DNA from: a virus
Taxonomy: Duplodnaviria > Caudoviricetes
DNA: 52,330 bases
Reading direction: 5' to 3' (one strand)
Virus record (IMG/VR): IMGVR_UViG_3300026478_000318
Coordinates: 1-52,330 of that record
Shown here: positions 35,166 through 45,490 of the stretch, in pieces
How the letters are laid out: every line of letters starts with the position of its first letter
How positions within the stretch are numbered: the first letter of the stretch is position 1
Program-made: the position numbers and the translations under genes
The notes under the pieces: model-generated
Databases searched by the model: none
Seen by the model: the letters and a program-made list of their open reading frames with translations, nothing else
Told to the model about the DNA's origin: nothing

Positions 35166-38100
35166 TAAATTTTAGCCCCTCTTAATCTCTTTGACTCAAC
35201 CTGACGAAGTTGTGTCATAACAGTATTTGCTATCTCATTTGGATTAGCATCTGATTTAACATTAACTGTTAGGTTATAATTATACAGGCTGTCTCCGTTA
35301 TAGTTACCAGCATTTATAGCCTTCATCTTCTCTAAGCCGTATGAACTTACTGCATATTTACTCATTACAAATTCACCTGGAGTTAACATTGCAGGTACGG
35401 TATCGGTTCCTCTTGGAATAAAGCCACCACTTGATCTATAGTAAGACTCTATTCTTTCTGCCTTTGTTGCAGCCTCTGCCTGCTTTAATCTTTGTAATGC
35501 TGCAGCCTGTGCTTCTGCTGCTGCCTGCTGTGCTGCATAGGCAATAGCCTGGCCAGTATAACGTGCAGATGACATAACGCCAGATACTCCACCTAGGGCT
35601 GCTGTTGCTTCCTTATCTGCTAATAAACTTGAAGCCATATTGTTTGCAATGCTGCTTGGTGTTAAATCTGTTTTTTCATGATCTCTAACTGCCTGAAGGA
35701 ATTTATCCACTTCTGATTTTACTAAAACATTTGTTTCATCAATATTACCTGGATTAATATTAAGATTAGGATTAGATGTTGGACCAGGAGTAGGTGTTGG
35801 AGTTGGAGTTGGGGTAGGAGTTGGAGTAGGAGTTTTTGCTGTTATTCTTGATGTTCCTGATGACGAGTTATATGCTGCTAATGCTGCACTTGCATTCTTA
35901 ATTGCTGTTGTTACTGCATCCCAAGCAGTTTTAATGCTTAATGTTCCAGTGGCAATTGCATCTAAGTCAACAATCATTGTGTCAAAATAATCATTTGTAG
36001 CAGTTACAGCAGCACTGATAAGATCCCATTCATCTTTTGTTAATCCAGATTCTGTCTTAATATTTACCAGTGCTGCCGACAAATCATCGTTATATGTTGT
36101 TATGATTGTATTTAGTGTTGCTAATTCATCTTGCTTAGTCTTAACAATATCTTGTGCTGATTTAAGTGTAGTATTTTCAATAGTATAAATCTTGTCTTGT
36201 TTTTCAATAATCATTGCCTGTAGTTCATCTTTGGTCTTTAGTACTGTTACTGTCTTGCCTTCGGCATCAAGGATATTGACAGAAGCCTGTAGTGATGCTA
36301 ACTTTGCTTTTCTTTCAAGTTCAAGTCTATTCTTTTGTTCGCTTAAAGCAGCCTTTTGAGAATCAATAGATTGTTGTGCAGCAGAGGCCCTCATCTCTTG
36401 TGCAATTTGTGCAGCAGCAGCAATATCTCCACTGCTCAAAGCACTTGCTAAAGTAGTTTGTCTCTTTTGATTTTCTGCAATGTTTCTATTAAGTTCTTGT
36501 ACCTTGTCAAGGGCATTAATTTGATTATCGATGGCTTCATTACGCTTATCATATTCAGCATTAATAGTATCTTCTTGTCTAGTAATAAGTTCTATGCCAC
36601 GACTGTATTGATCAATATATTCTTGTTCTTTGTTTATTTCCTCTTGAATAGCATCGACTGCATCTTGTGCTGCCTCTACTTCTCTTTCTTTAGGCTTAAT
36701 TCTGTTTTGCTCAAATTCGGCAGGAGACATACCTTGCTTTTCAACAAACTGCTTATATTTTTCTAACTTAATTGTTGCTTCTTGGTAGGCAAAGAAGTCG
36801 TCCATCTTATTTGCCTGAGTTTCTGAATCCTGCTCTGCCTCAAATCTTGCAGCCTTAAGTGCCTTGGCCAACTCTAATGTTGATCCTTGAGCCTTCTTTG
36901 CACCATCAATAAACTTTTTAAAGTCAACACTATTAACATCTTCGGCTGCAATTGCTGCTGCAATTCCTGCGTCATTAACAAGTTCTAATGCTTGTGAAGC
37001 ACTTAATCCAGCAGTGCGTAGTTTTGTATATGCCTTATACTGATTATCTGCACTAGTTACAACCTGTTGCATTTGATCATTAAACTTACCAAGTTCTACT
37101 TCTTTTGTAAATCTTTGAATAGCATTTCCAAGATCTCCAAAAACAACCTTTCCATCTTTACCAATTGAATATAGTCTTGAACCAAATGTCTTTAGTTGAG
37201 TTGAGTCTAGGCCATTAACAATATCAATAAAGCCTTGTGTTGCACCTGCTGCACGAAGCATTTGGTCCATTCCAGTAAAGCCAGTCATATCTGTCTTTAG
37301 TACCTTCAAGAATTCTGAAAGTCCGCCAGATGCATTTATTGATTCTTTTCTAAATTGCTTTAATTGCTGTAACAAACCTTCTAAGAATGAATATGGGTCT
37401 TTGCCAGAACTATCTCCGCCAAGATCTTTCTTTCCATCTTCACCCTTCTTATCTGGAGTTACCTTCGTAGACTCGTCATATTCTTTTTGTAACTTATTAG
37501 CCTCTTGTCTTACCTTAGAAATTGCTGCTGCATATCTTGATAAGCCACGAGCCTCTACACCTCTTGCTGCTGCATCGTTATATGCAGCCTGAGCAGCAGT
37601 TAACTTTTCCTGAATAAGAGATAACTTAATCATTAAATCTAGTGTCTTTGATATACCTGTAAGGTTAGCAACAAAGTTATATCTTGCTGTAATATCTTTC
37701 TTTGCAGCAAGTTCAGTCATAATATTATTTAGTTGAATAATTTCTGCTGGAGACAAACCACCCTTAGCATAAGAAATTAATACTTGACTTCTTATATTCT
37801 TAGGTAATTGATTTAAAATAATCTCCTTAAGAACCTTGGCTGCTTTTTTATTTGTCTTTTGAAGTGTTGCTAAAACATTATCTGCAAGCCCCTCTAAGAC
37901 CTTTTGAGATTCCTTACCACTTGGATCAACCTTATCTAAGGCTATTACAAGCGCATCAATCTCTGCTTTAACCTTTTCAAATGTACCCATTTGTGTAGCG
38001 TATGCAGCATTATATTCTTTCTGTGTAATAACCCCGTCTGCATATTGTGCATTTAATATTGCTACGGCCTGGCTTTGTTGCTCAATTGCCATAGACAATG

Positions 38101-41100
38101 CGTCTGTTGCAAAGGCTCTATTCTTAGTAACAGTTGCAGTGTCTACATACGCTGTAGTTGTAGTTGTTCTGTTATTTGAATAACTTGTTACTGTTTTTGC
38201 AGCACCTAAAATTCCATCGATTTGTGACTGAATGCTAGTTAAAATATCATCTGTACCACCAGACAAATACTTTAATCTAGCCTCAATTGTTAGTGGCTCT
38301 TTAGTAATATCAACATTATCTTTACCAACAAGCAGTTCTTGTACTCGTGCCTTTAGAGATATCTCACTTACTCCAGCAACCTCTGCTGCAGCCTTAATGT
38401 TTGCTGCGATGTCTTTTGGACCAAGACCAAAGATTGCTGCTCTTTGTGCTACATCTTTTGCTACAGTTCCAACGCTTGCGCCCTGAATCTCTTTACCAGC
38501 AACGCTGTTCTTTGCTGTATAAAGATCTATAAACTTTTGATACTTGGCCTTATCAGCACTAATAAGTTTTTCTGATCCAACTCTATTGAATGATCTCTCT
38601 GCAGGTGTGGCCTTATCTCCTATAAGTTTAGAATATTCTTGAATTGCTGAAAGGCTACCAAACCTTGCCCTTGCTTCTTTCTTTCCAGACTCTTCGAGTT
38701 GTCTTGTATACTCTGCCTGCTTCTTCTTAAGCCACATAAATCCTGCAGCAACAGCAGCAACAATACCAACAGCAGCACCCATTGGTGTCATAAGCATTGG
38801 TAGTGCCATTGCCAAACCTTGAATACCCATAATTACTGGCATAGCCTTTTGTGCTATTTGTCCAAATGGTCCAGGTATCATAGATGCAGCAATACCAACG
38901 CTAGTTAATGCCATAGATACGCCATTTAACTTATTCATCATTGGCTGCATGCTTGTTCTTGTTCCCGCCATCTTATCTGATAGGGCAGAATATTTATCTC
39001 TTGCCTTACTAAATAGTGTTGGTTTCTTTGGCATTGTAGGCATACCTAAGAAAGTCTTTGTGCTAGGTCTTGGGGCTGAACCTGCTGCGCTTCCTGGAAT
39101 AATCAATCCAGATGCAGTTACTGTTTCATTTGCTAATCTTGTTGCAGCATCCCTAACAGCATTTTCTCTACTTTGCATTCCTACAATGAGGCCGTTTGCA
39201 ATGTCTTCTCCTACAGGAATAGTTCTTCTTGATGGAGATTGTGTTTGTGCTTCTTGCTTTACTGCATTAACTAGTGCATCTACTTCTGCTTTAGCCATTG
39301 GAACATAGGTAGACTGCGCCCTTAGTGTACCCAAAGATTGTGCAACTTCTATTTGTGATCGTGAGCCAACTCCTGCTGGTGCTGGCATACCAAGTTGTGC
39401 TCTTGCATCAGAGGCAGCAATCGTTGCTGTTGCCTGTGCAGCAAAGTTTGGACTAGCCTTCTTTAACATTTCTGTATCTGCAAGCATTTGTCTTAAAATA
39501 TTTGCTTGAATGTGTAACTCATCTTCAGTCAATGCAATATTTTTTGTAATCTTACTTGCAATTGTTACCTTTTCTGCCTCTGTAATATTTGCCTGATTTA
39601 ATAAATCTAAGAATAATTGTTGAGTTTTATTTTGCTTAACCGCACCAGTCTTTAGATCTTTTTGGGTAGATAGCAAATTGCTCATCTGATTTTCTACACC
39701 AGACTGTGCTACCCATAGAGCCTCGTCCCAGCCTTCAATAAATTGCTTTTCAACATTAGTAATGTCTACAATGTGAGCACGGTGTACAGAACCTGCCTCT
39801 GTAGCCTTCTTAGCAATTTCTTCTGCAGAAAGATTACTATCTTTATAAAAATCTAGAATAGCCCTTTGTGCTGCATCTGCTGCTGCTTTTGCTCTATCAT
39901 ATTCTTGTGCACCAATGTCACCTCGTGCTGTAACTAAATTCTCTCTTACTGTACCAGACTTTCCAGTTGATGATGCTCTATATGTTGGGGTATATCCTGC
40001 AGCACGTAATGCATCTCCACCCTTTGTACCAAATCCTTGTGTAGCAACAAGTTCTAATTGCTGCTTAAAGTCTTGAATACCTACCTTAAGACCTTCTGCC
40101 ATCTTTTGTCCAAGTCTTGCCAATACTTGCTCAATAATATCTTCTGCGTTTGCAAGTTTAGAAGCAAGAACCTTATCCACTAAGCCCTGTAATTGTAATG
40201 CAGTTGTCTTTGACTGGAATCCAGATCCAGTAAGCGCTCTTTCACCTACAGAAACAACTCCTGTTGCAAAACCAGGAATGTTGTCGGCAATAATTCCACT
40301 AATTAATCCGCCATATTTTTGTGTTTGTTTCTTTGGAATAACAGATTCGCCTGGTGTCAACATTGTTGGAACTGTATCTCTGTTACCACTTCCAGGAACA
40401 ATTGCTACACCCTTATTATATTTACGTGTAGGTCCTGGAGGAAGCATCATTCCTGGATTATTGAATGCAAAACTTTGTGCTGCAGCATTTGCCTTCATAT
40501 ATGCACGTGTTAATGCATCAAGAGCACCTGCTTCTGATGTAAATCTTTGTGTAAGTCTAGCATGTACCTGATCAAGAGATGAGGCAACGGCTTCTGCCTG
40601 CATCTGCTCTTCTGTAAGATAGTTAGTCTGTTCTCCAAGATACTTAGATTGTCCAGTTAACTTTAAATACCCGTTTCTGATTAATCCAAAGAACTTCATT
40701 AAGTTACCAGCGAAGTTAGCAAACAAACCAACCAACATTAAAACTACAGGAGCAACGCCTCCAAGAACTGTCACGATTGTAGCAATAACCTTTTTAGAAT
40801 TATCAGATAAACTATTAAACTTATCGATTAACTTTGTAACTACCTCAATAATTGGTGTAACAACTCTTAAAAATAATTCTCCTACTGGAGCCAGAGACGC
40901 TCTAATTGATTCTACGGCAGCCTTAAATTTAGTTGCAGTGTTTTCTTCAATAGCCCCTAATTCTTTTGTTGCAATTGCTGCAAGATCCTGTGCAGACATC
41001 TGCATAAGTTCCATTGTTCTTTGAGCCTGAGAACCTTCTTTAGCAATATTTTCAAATAATGCTCCAACTCTTGCAAACTGGAACTTACCAAATAGTTGCT

Positions 41101-42415
41101 CAATTACTCTTTGTCTTGCTAAAGGTGTTAGTGTTTTTAATGCTTCTCCGAGTTCGAGAACAGTTCTCATAACATTTCCAGCATTCTTATTAACTAACGC
41201 TTCTAGATCTACACCTACGCTATTAAGCATTTGCTTTGCAGCCTTTGTAGGATTAATGAGAGAACCAAGCGCTGACTTTAATCCGTTTGCTGCCGATGCT
41301 GCATCTACTCCACCTTCCTGCATTGCTGCAAGGAAAACAGACATATCCTTAACATCTCCACCGAGACCTCTAATAATTGGTGCTACTCGTGGAATAGCAT
41401 CTGTTAAATCTTGTAGACTTACAACAGACTGGTTTTCAACTGCGTTAAGGAAGTTAATTGATTCAGAAAGTTGTTCTGTGTTTAACTGGAATGCAGTTTG
41501 TAAAGAAATGGTTGCTCTGAGTGCCTGCTGTTTTTCAACTTCACCAAGAACAGAAAGTCTAGTTGCAGCCCTTACAGTTTCAGTTAACTTTTCACCTTGG
41601 AAACCTGCTGCTGCAGCATCTGCTGCAATAGACATTGTATCTTGAATTGCTACACCATATTTTGTAAATTCATCAGCAAGACCACGAATAACTGTAAGAT
41701 TTGCCTCAGTTTCTGAAGGCATAGTAAACATATCGCCATAAACACGTTTAAATCTAATAACCTGTTGCTCTAGTTCCATGAATACCTTGGATGCTGTAGA
41801 TCCAAAGACAGATAGCGGTAACGTAAAACCAACCATCAACTGACGACCAGCCCACTGTGTGTTCTTACCAAAGTTAACTAGATTTGTGCTGCCCTGCTTT
41901 AATAATTGATTAAATAATTGTTGCTTTTGTGCAGCAATCATTGTCTTTGTTGCAAGATCGTCCATATTAAGTGCTAGAGGTGTTACCGCAATAGCCTTAA
42001 GGGCACCATTTGCATCACGGCCCATCTTAATATATTGTGTTTGTAGCCTTCTTGTTCTTTCTATTGCTACTTTTTCAATTGTTGCAAACTCTGTCTGGAA
42101 TACTCTTCCAAACATTTTAGATGATGCAACACCATACCTAAAGTATTCACGCATTGAGAACTTATTCTTCTCAAGGGAATTAGTAAAAGATTCAGCAGAG
42201 GTTCGGATTGTCTGCATACGGGCAGCAAATTGCCCTGTTGCATTTATCGAATCGACAAACCCCTGCTGTAGATTTCTTTGCGCTATTGCTGCAGAAGCGC
42301 TAGACTTCGCAATCGAACTGTGGAAATTGGATATCTGACGCTGTAAGTTTTTAAGTTCTGCTAACGCTGCAGACGTGTCGATATTAACGCTAATATTAGC
42401 ATTAACATCTGCCAT
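35165..42415 (-). CDS. Tape measure protein
   Basis: 2416 aa, Ala/Gln/Lys-rich and helical, with a TP901-like core, hydrophobic segments and a C-terminal GTDTVPAMLTPGEFV motif. Confidence 0.95.
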   Translation of the reverse strand: MADVNANISVNIDTSAALAELKNLQRQISNFHSSIAKSSASAAIAQRNLQQGFVDSINATGQFAARMQTIRTSAESFTNSLEKNKFSMREYFRYGVASSKMFGRVFQTEFATIEKVAIERTRRLQTQYIKMGRDANGALKAIAVTPLALNMDDLATKTMIAAQKQQLFNQLLKQGSTNLVNFGKNTQWAGRQLMVGFTLPLSVFGSTASKVFMELEQQVIRFKRVYGDMFTMPSETEANLTVIRGLADEFTKYGVAIQDTMSIAADAAAAGFQGEKLTETVRAATRLSVLGEVEKQQALRATISLQTAFQLNTEQLSESINFLNAVENQSVVSLQDLTDAIPRVAPIIRGLGGDVKDMSVFLAAMQEGGVDAASAANGLKSALGSLINPTKAAKQMLNSVGVDLEALVNKNAGNVMRTVLELGEALKTLTPLARQRVIEQLFGKFQFARVGALFENIAKEGSQAQRTMELMQMSAQDLAAIATKELGAIEENTATKFKAAVESIRASLAPVGELFLRVVTPIIEVVTKLIDKFNSLSDNSKKVIATIVTVLGGVAPVVLMLVGLFANFAGNLMKFFGLIRNGYLKLTGQSKYLGEQTNYLTEEQMQAEAVASSLDQVHARLTQRFTSEAGALDALTRAYMKANAAAQSFAFNNPGMMLPPGPTRKYNKGVAIVPGSGNRDTVPTMLTPGESVIPKKQTQKYGGLISGIIADNIPGFATGVVSVGERALTGSGFQSKTTALQLQGLVDKVLASKLANAEDIIEQVLARLGQKMAEGLKVGIQDFKQQLELVATQGFGTKGGDALRAAGYTPTYRASSTGKSGTVRENLVTARGDIGAQEYDRAKAAADAAQRAILDFYKDSNLSAEEIAKKATEAGSVHRAHIVDITNVEKQFIEGWDEALWVAQSGVENQMSNLLSTQKDLKTGAVKQNKTQQLFLDLLNQANITEAEKVTIASKITKNIALTEDELHIQANILRQMLADTEMLKKASPNFAAQATATIAASDARAQLGMPAPAGVGSRSQIEVAQSLGTLRAQSTYVPMAKAEVDALVNAVKQEAQTQSPSRRTIPVGEDIANGLIVGMQSRENAVRDAATRLANETVTASGLIIPGSAAGSAPRPSTKTFLGMPTMPKKPTLFSKARDKYSALSDKMAGTRTSMQPMMNKLNGVSMALTSVGIAASMIPGPFGQIAQKAMPVIMGIQGLAMALPMLMTPMGAAVGIVAAVAAGFMWLKKKQAEYTRQLEESGKKEARARFGSLSAIQEYSKLIGDKATPAERSFNRVGSEKLISADKAKYQKFIDLYTAKNSVAGKEIQGASVGTVAKDVAQRAAIFGLGPKDIAANIKAAAEVAGVSEISLKARVQELLVGKDNVDITKEPLTIEARLKYLSGGTDDILTSIQSQIDGILGAAKTVTSYSNNRTTTTTAYVDTATVTKNRAFATDALSMAIEQQSQAVAILNAQYADGVITQKEYNAAYATQMGTFEKVKAEIDALVIALDKVDPSGKESQKVLEGLADNVLATLQKTNKKAAKVLKEIILNQLPKNIRSQVLISYAKGGLSPAEIIQLNNIMTELAAKKDITARYNFVANLTGISKTLDLMIKLSLIQEKLTAAQAAYNDAAARGVEARGLSRYAAAISKVRQEANKLQKEYDESTKVTPDKKGEDGKKDLGGDSSGKDPYSFLEGLLQQLKQFRKESINASGGLSEFLKVLKTDMTGFTGMDQMLRAAGATQGFIDIVNGLDSTQLKTFGSRLYSIGKDGKVVFGDLGNAIQRFTKEVELGKFNDQMQQVVTSADNQYKAYTKLRTAGLSASQALELVNDAGIAAAIAAEDVNSVDFKKFIDGAKKAQGSTLELAKALKAARFEAEQDSETQANKMDDFFAYQEATIKLEKYKQFVEKQGMSPAEFEQNRIKPKEREVEAAQDAVDAIQEEINKEQEYIDQYSRGIELITRQEDTINAEYDKRNEAIDNQINALDKVQELNRNIAENQKRQTTLASALSSGDIAAAAQIAQEMRASAAQQSIDSQKAALSEQKNRLELERKAKLASLQASVNILDAEGKTVTVLKTKDELQAMIIEKQDKIYTIENTTLKSAQDIVKTKQDELATLNTIITTYNDDLSAALVNIKTESGLTKDEWDLISAAVTATNDYFDTMIVDLDAIATGTLSIKTAWDAVTTAIKNASAALAAYNSSSGTSRITAKTPTPTPTPTPTPTPTPGPTSNPNLNINPGNIDETNVLVKSEVDKFLQAVRDHEKTDLTPSSIANNMASSLLADKEATAALGGVSGVMSSARYTGQAIAYAAQQAAAEAQAAALQRLKQAEAATKAERIESYYRSSGGFIPRGTDTVPAMLTPGEFVMSKYAVSSYGLEKMKAINAGNYNGDSLYNYNLTVNVKSDANPNEIANTVMTQLRQVESKRLRGAKI
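35778..35833 (-). repeat. Thr-Pro dipeptide repeat in the TMP
   Basis: TPTPTPTPTPTPTPTPGPT. Confidence 0.9.
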
Positions 42416-42440
42416 TCATTTCCACCTCTTTTTTAGTTAA

Positions 42441-42767
42441 TTAGGCATTTAAATTAGCAAGGCCCAGTGGGTTGTCCTCGCCTAACTTAATTCCCGATGC
42501 AACGTCTACAATCTTGTAAACTGTTGGAAGATCAATATTGGTTTCCAATTTTTCTAAATCTCCCGCTAGATCAGGCTTGTATTGCTGCATAGCAATCTGT
42601 ACGCATTCCATAAGGACTGTCATTGACTTATCGTTGTCTTCTGCAACCTTCTGGATCTTTTCAAAGTTTTTCATAAATTTACGAAGCAGAGCAATATTAA
42701 GTGGCTTGAGTTGTATTTCTGTGCCATCCATCAAGGATACTGTTTGCTTTTCATTTGTTGTCGTCAT
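42441..42767 (-). CDS. Tail assembly chaperone (gpG-like, short)
   Basis: Lies between the tail tube and TMP, has a GGAGG SD, and is homologous to the N-half of 42815..43498. Confidence 0.75.
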   Translation of the reverse strand: MTTTNEKQTVSLMDGTEIQLKPLNIALLRKFMKNFEKIQKVAEDNDKSMTVLMECVQIAMQQYKPDLAGDLEKLETNIDLPTVYKIVDVASGIKLGEDNPLGLANLNA

Positions 42768-42792
42768 TTATTCCTCCGTTATCGACTTCCTA

Positions 42793-42801
42793 ATTATATC
42801 A
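42793..42801 (-). promoter_or_regulatory. Extended -10 (TGATATAAT) for the short chaperone/TMP operon
   Basis: Intergenic exact TGnTATAAT. Confidence 0.72.
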
Positions 42802-42814
42802 CATTGGCTACTTT

Positions 42815-43498
42815 TTAATCTATTTTTTCGTAGTCAATTCCCATGCCGATTCCAAAACCAGCCTGTTGTGCATTAATGCCTTGCAATGCTAGTATATCAT
42901 TAGAGTCCTTAGCCTGCCCCTTACTAAATACCCTGGCCTTAAGATCTTCCCAGGCATTAGACTTGGTTGACTGTTTATCTAGATCCACACCCTGTAATGC
43001 AGCATTAAACTTTTTATTATCGTATTCTAGGTCTCTTTTTGTTGATAGCAATAAGATTAGTTCTGGCATAGATATTGACTCTTCAAGTTCTTCAAAGTTT
43101 TTCCAGATGCCCGTCATAAATACCTCAGCCTCAAGTTTTGGCAAATCCATGGTGTCCCAACTGGATCCGTCATCCTGTTTCTTTATTTTTGATTTCTGTT
43201 CCTGATTATCTTTAACCTTAACATCCGCACAGTACTCTAAAATTTTATATAGGCTTTGCATATCAAAATCTAATTCTAACTCTTCTTTAGTATTATATTT
43301 ATTTGGTCTAAACTGCTTCATGGCTATCACGGCACATTCAATTAAAATATCAATAGAGTCATCATTGTCTTTGGCATGTTTAATATCTTCAAATCTATCC
43401 ATGAATAACTTCATGTATTTTATTTTTAATGGGGATATTTCAATAATATCGCCTGATAAGGTTTCTATCGTTCCCACTTCATATACGTTACGTGCCAT
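42815..43498 (-). CDS. Tail assembly chaperone (gpGT-like, long, single frame)
   Basis: The N-half is paralogous to 42441..42767. The C-half is GIWKNFEELEESISMPEL..., resembling post-frameshift T domains. Probable start is the ATG at 43498. Confidence 0.7.
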   Translation of the reverse strand: MARNVYEVGTIETLSGDIIEISPLKIKYMKLFMDRFEDIKHAKDNDDSIDILIECAVIAMKQFRPNKYNTKEELELDFDMQSLYKILEYCADVKVKDNQEQKSKIKKQDDGSSWDTMDLPKLEAEVFMTGIWKNFEELEESISMPELILLLSTKRDLEYDNKKFNAALQGVDLDKQSTKSNAWEDLKARVFSKGQAKDSNDILALQGINAQQAGFGIGMGIDYEKID

Positions 43499-43504
43499 GT
43501 AATC

Positions 43505-43513
43505 ATTATAGCA
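43505..43513 (-). promoter_or_regulatory. Extended -10 (TGCTATAAT), leaderless spacing
   Basis: 6 nt to the ATG at 43498, with no SD. Confidence 0.75.
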
Positions 43514-43516
43514 AAC

Positions 43517-43548
43517 AGAAAAACCCAACCATATACGGTTGGGCCTTC
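43517..43548 (-). terminator. Intrinsic terminator after the tail tube gene
   Basis: Minus strand GGCCCAACCG-TATA-TGGTTGGGTT-TTTCTG. Confidence 0.85.
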
Positions 43549-43569
43549 TGGTATAACAAATTAATGTTA

Positions 43570-44199
43570 TTACGGAGTTGGAGTTACAGTGCGATCAATA
43601 ATCTTACCGTATGATCCGCTATTGTCTTCTGGTAGCAAACGGAATGAAACTTCAAACATTGTTGCTTCATCACGCTTTGCAGACACAGTAACATTTTCAA
43701 TCGAGAGTGCACGATATGCGACATAGATACGTTCTAAGTTAGAACCTTCTTCGCAATCTCCAGTTCCAGGACCGACAGCAACAAGACCACGTTCTACTGG
43801 GCATTCGCCTAGAGAACCTGACTTCATGTTGAATACCTGACCTGCTGTAGTTGTCTTGTCACCTGTTAAATCTCCTGGACCACCTGCGACAGCGATCAAA
43901 AGATTTTCTAGAGTGGCTTCAGCAAATGTGGTATTTAGATTTACCTGCATACCTTGCTTATACAACTTAGCGACGTCAAGAATCTGGTCTACCTGAACTT
44001 CACCAAAATCTGGCTGGAAAACGAGTTCCAAACCATTCATGGTGTAACCAATATTGTCGAAGCCTGCTGTGTCTTCAAGTGTAGCCACATAAGCCTCTCC
44101 AGATACTGGTGCTGGGTTTCCACCAACTGCCAAAGGTCCGTCATAAACGAACACCTGGGCTGCACCCACGATAATATTATTACTATTACCTAGAGCCAT
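43570..44199 (-). CDS. Major tail (tube) protein
   Basis: NIIVGAA..F, IGYT..GLEL...PDFGEV.VDQ, T.FAEATLENL and F.V.FRLLP motifs, with its own promoter, SD and terminator. Confidence 0.88.
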   Translation of the reverse strand: MALGNSNNIIVGAAQVFVYDGPLAVGGNPAPVSGEAYVATLEDTAGFDNIGYTMNGLELVFQPDFGEVQVDQILDVAKLYKQGMQVNLNTTFAEATLENLLIAVAGGPGDLTGDKTTTAGQVFNMKSGSLGECPVERGLVAVGPGTGDCEEGSNLERIYVAYRALSIENVTVSAKRDEATMFEVSFRLLPEDNSGSYGKIIDRTVTPTP

Positions 44200-44250
44200 A
44201 TATATCACCTCTTTTTTCTATAGAAATAAAGGCGTGTTTCCTCATTGATA

Positions 44251-44259
44251 ATTATAACA
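44251..44259 (-). promoter_or_regulatory. Extended -10 (TGTTATAAT)
   Basis: Intergenic, upstream of the tail tube gene. Confidence 0.72.
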
Positions 44260-44264
44260 GCCTT

Positions 44265-44816
44265 TTATGAATTGATTGAGCCCACAACATCTTTGTGCTG
44301 ATGGTACTCAAAATCAATTATGATCTTATTCCCGCCAAAGGTGCGGGCTGTGCCAAAATCAATAATATCCCTAGTTTCTTCAAGTTGGTATATTCTAAAT
44401 TTATGAAAATAAAATTTGCAGGTTAATCCTTGTATTTCTCTACCTTTAGTCCAGGCATTGACTTCTGCAGCGCTTTCATCTTCACGGTCCATAAGCCTTA
44501 GCACTGCTTCCTGAATTTTAACCATTGTAATTACTGGATCTTCTCCTTGTGCATAAAAATAGTATAACGCCTGTTCTTGTTTTATATGTGGAAACGGAGA
44601 CCTTCTCATTCGGATTAGCCTATCCCAAGTGGCTGCTACCCCTTGAGTGCTATTATTAAAGTATTCAGTTAAATCAGCAATTGTTGAAGGTGTTGATGGG
44701 AAAAATGGAAAACTTGGAAGACCTGTCAGTTCTGGTACATTATATCTTAAATATTCATTGATCCAAAGCATTGGTGTATTAATGACTCCAGTCGGAATCC
44801 AAATTTCTCCAGCCAT
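44265..44816 (-). CDS. Probable tail terminator / completion protein
   Basis: Synteny: directly upstream of the tail tube gene. Confidence 0.55.
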   Translation of the reverse strand: MAGEIWIPTGVINTPMLWINEYLRYNVPELTGLPSFPFFPSTPSTIADLTEYFNNSTQGVAATWDRLIRMRRSPFPHIKQEQALYYFYAQGEDPVITMVKIQEAVLRLMDREDESAAEVNAWTKGREIQGLTCKFYFHKFRIYQLEETRDIIDFGTARTFGGNKIIIDFEYHQHKDVVGSINS

Positions 44817-45490
44817 TACTTAACCGCCCTTATGTTTGCTACCCAACGGTATCCTGTTTCGACACCCTTGCTTCGTCCCATTTTAGCACCCGATTTAAGA
44901 TTCTTCTTATAGGCTACAGGATTTTCAAAATCTCGTAACATTCCACTCTTTCTTAAAAATGTTTGAGTAAAGTATCGACTAAAAAAGGAATCAAAAACCT
45001 TTTCAAATCCAGCCTGAGTTGCACCACCTGGATTCTCTACAACGACTGGATTCTTGGTAAAAACCTCTTCCCCATCTACCTCAAACTTTAATACATTAGA
45101 ATTTTTTGGCCTAATGACAACAGGCTGACCCTGTTCCATTACACTTGCTTTATTATAAAACGGTTCGCTGGATCCGTTTTTTATAGATGATGATTGTCTA
45201 AATGAAGACTTAAAAGAAAGCCCTATATTACTAACTGTATATTCTATGTCAAATAATCTTGCATCTGGGCTACCTACCTGATACCATTCATAGACATGGT
45301 GTAGTGTTTGTGGTCTTACTCTAGCATTTGAATCTATATATTGTTTTAGTAAATCTACAACATCTTTACCAAGGGCATTTAGAAAAATATTTTTTGCTTT
45401 TTGAGTTCCTTCTAAAAATCCCATAGAGTAATCGATGATATTATTCATCTCTTTTCTAAAAAGATTGCTATCTAGTTTTACCGCTATCAT
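44816..45490 (-). CDS. Probable neck (HK97 gp10-like) protein
   Basis: Synteny and a KA.VMEQG...IRPK....LKF....V..K..V..PG motif. Confidence 0.55.
   Translation of the reverse strand: MIAVKLDSNLFRKEMNNIIDYSMGFLEGTQKAKNIFLNALGKDVVDLLKQYIDSNARVRPQTLHHVYEWYQVGSPDARLFDIEYTVSNIGLSFKSSFRQSSSIKNGSSEPFYNKASVMEQGQPVVIRPKNSNVLKFEVDGEEVFTKNPVVVENPGGATQAGFEKVFDSFFSRYFTQTFLRKSGMLRDFENPVAYKKNLKSGAKMGRSKGVETGYRWVANIRAVK

Noticed and set aside
35702-40181. Isolated TTATCCACT near-DnaA boxes inside the tape measure gene
   Set aside because: They are single mismatched copies within coding sequence, as expected by chance.
42416-43528. Classical -1 frameshift between the chaperone ORFs
   Set aside because: The ORFs do not overlap and are separated by a promoter-containing gap. 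The long ORF comes first, and only 25 nt separate the short ORF from the TMP, leaving no room for a T extension.
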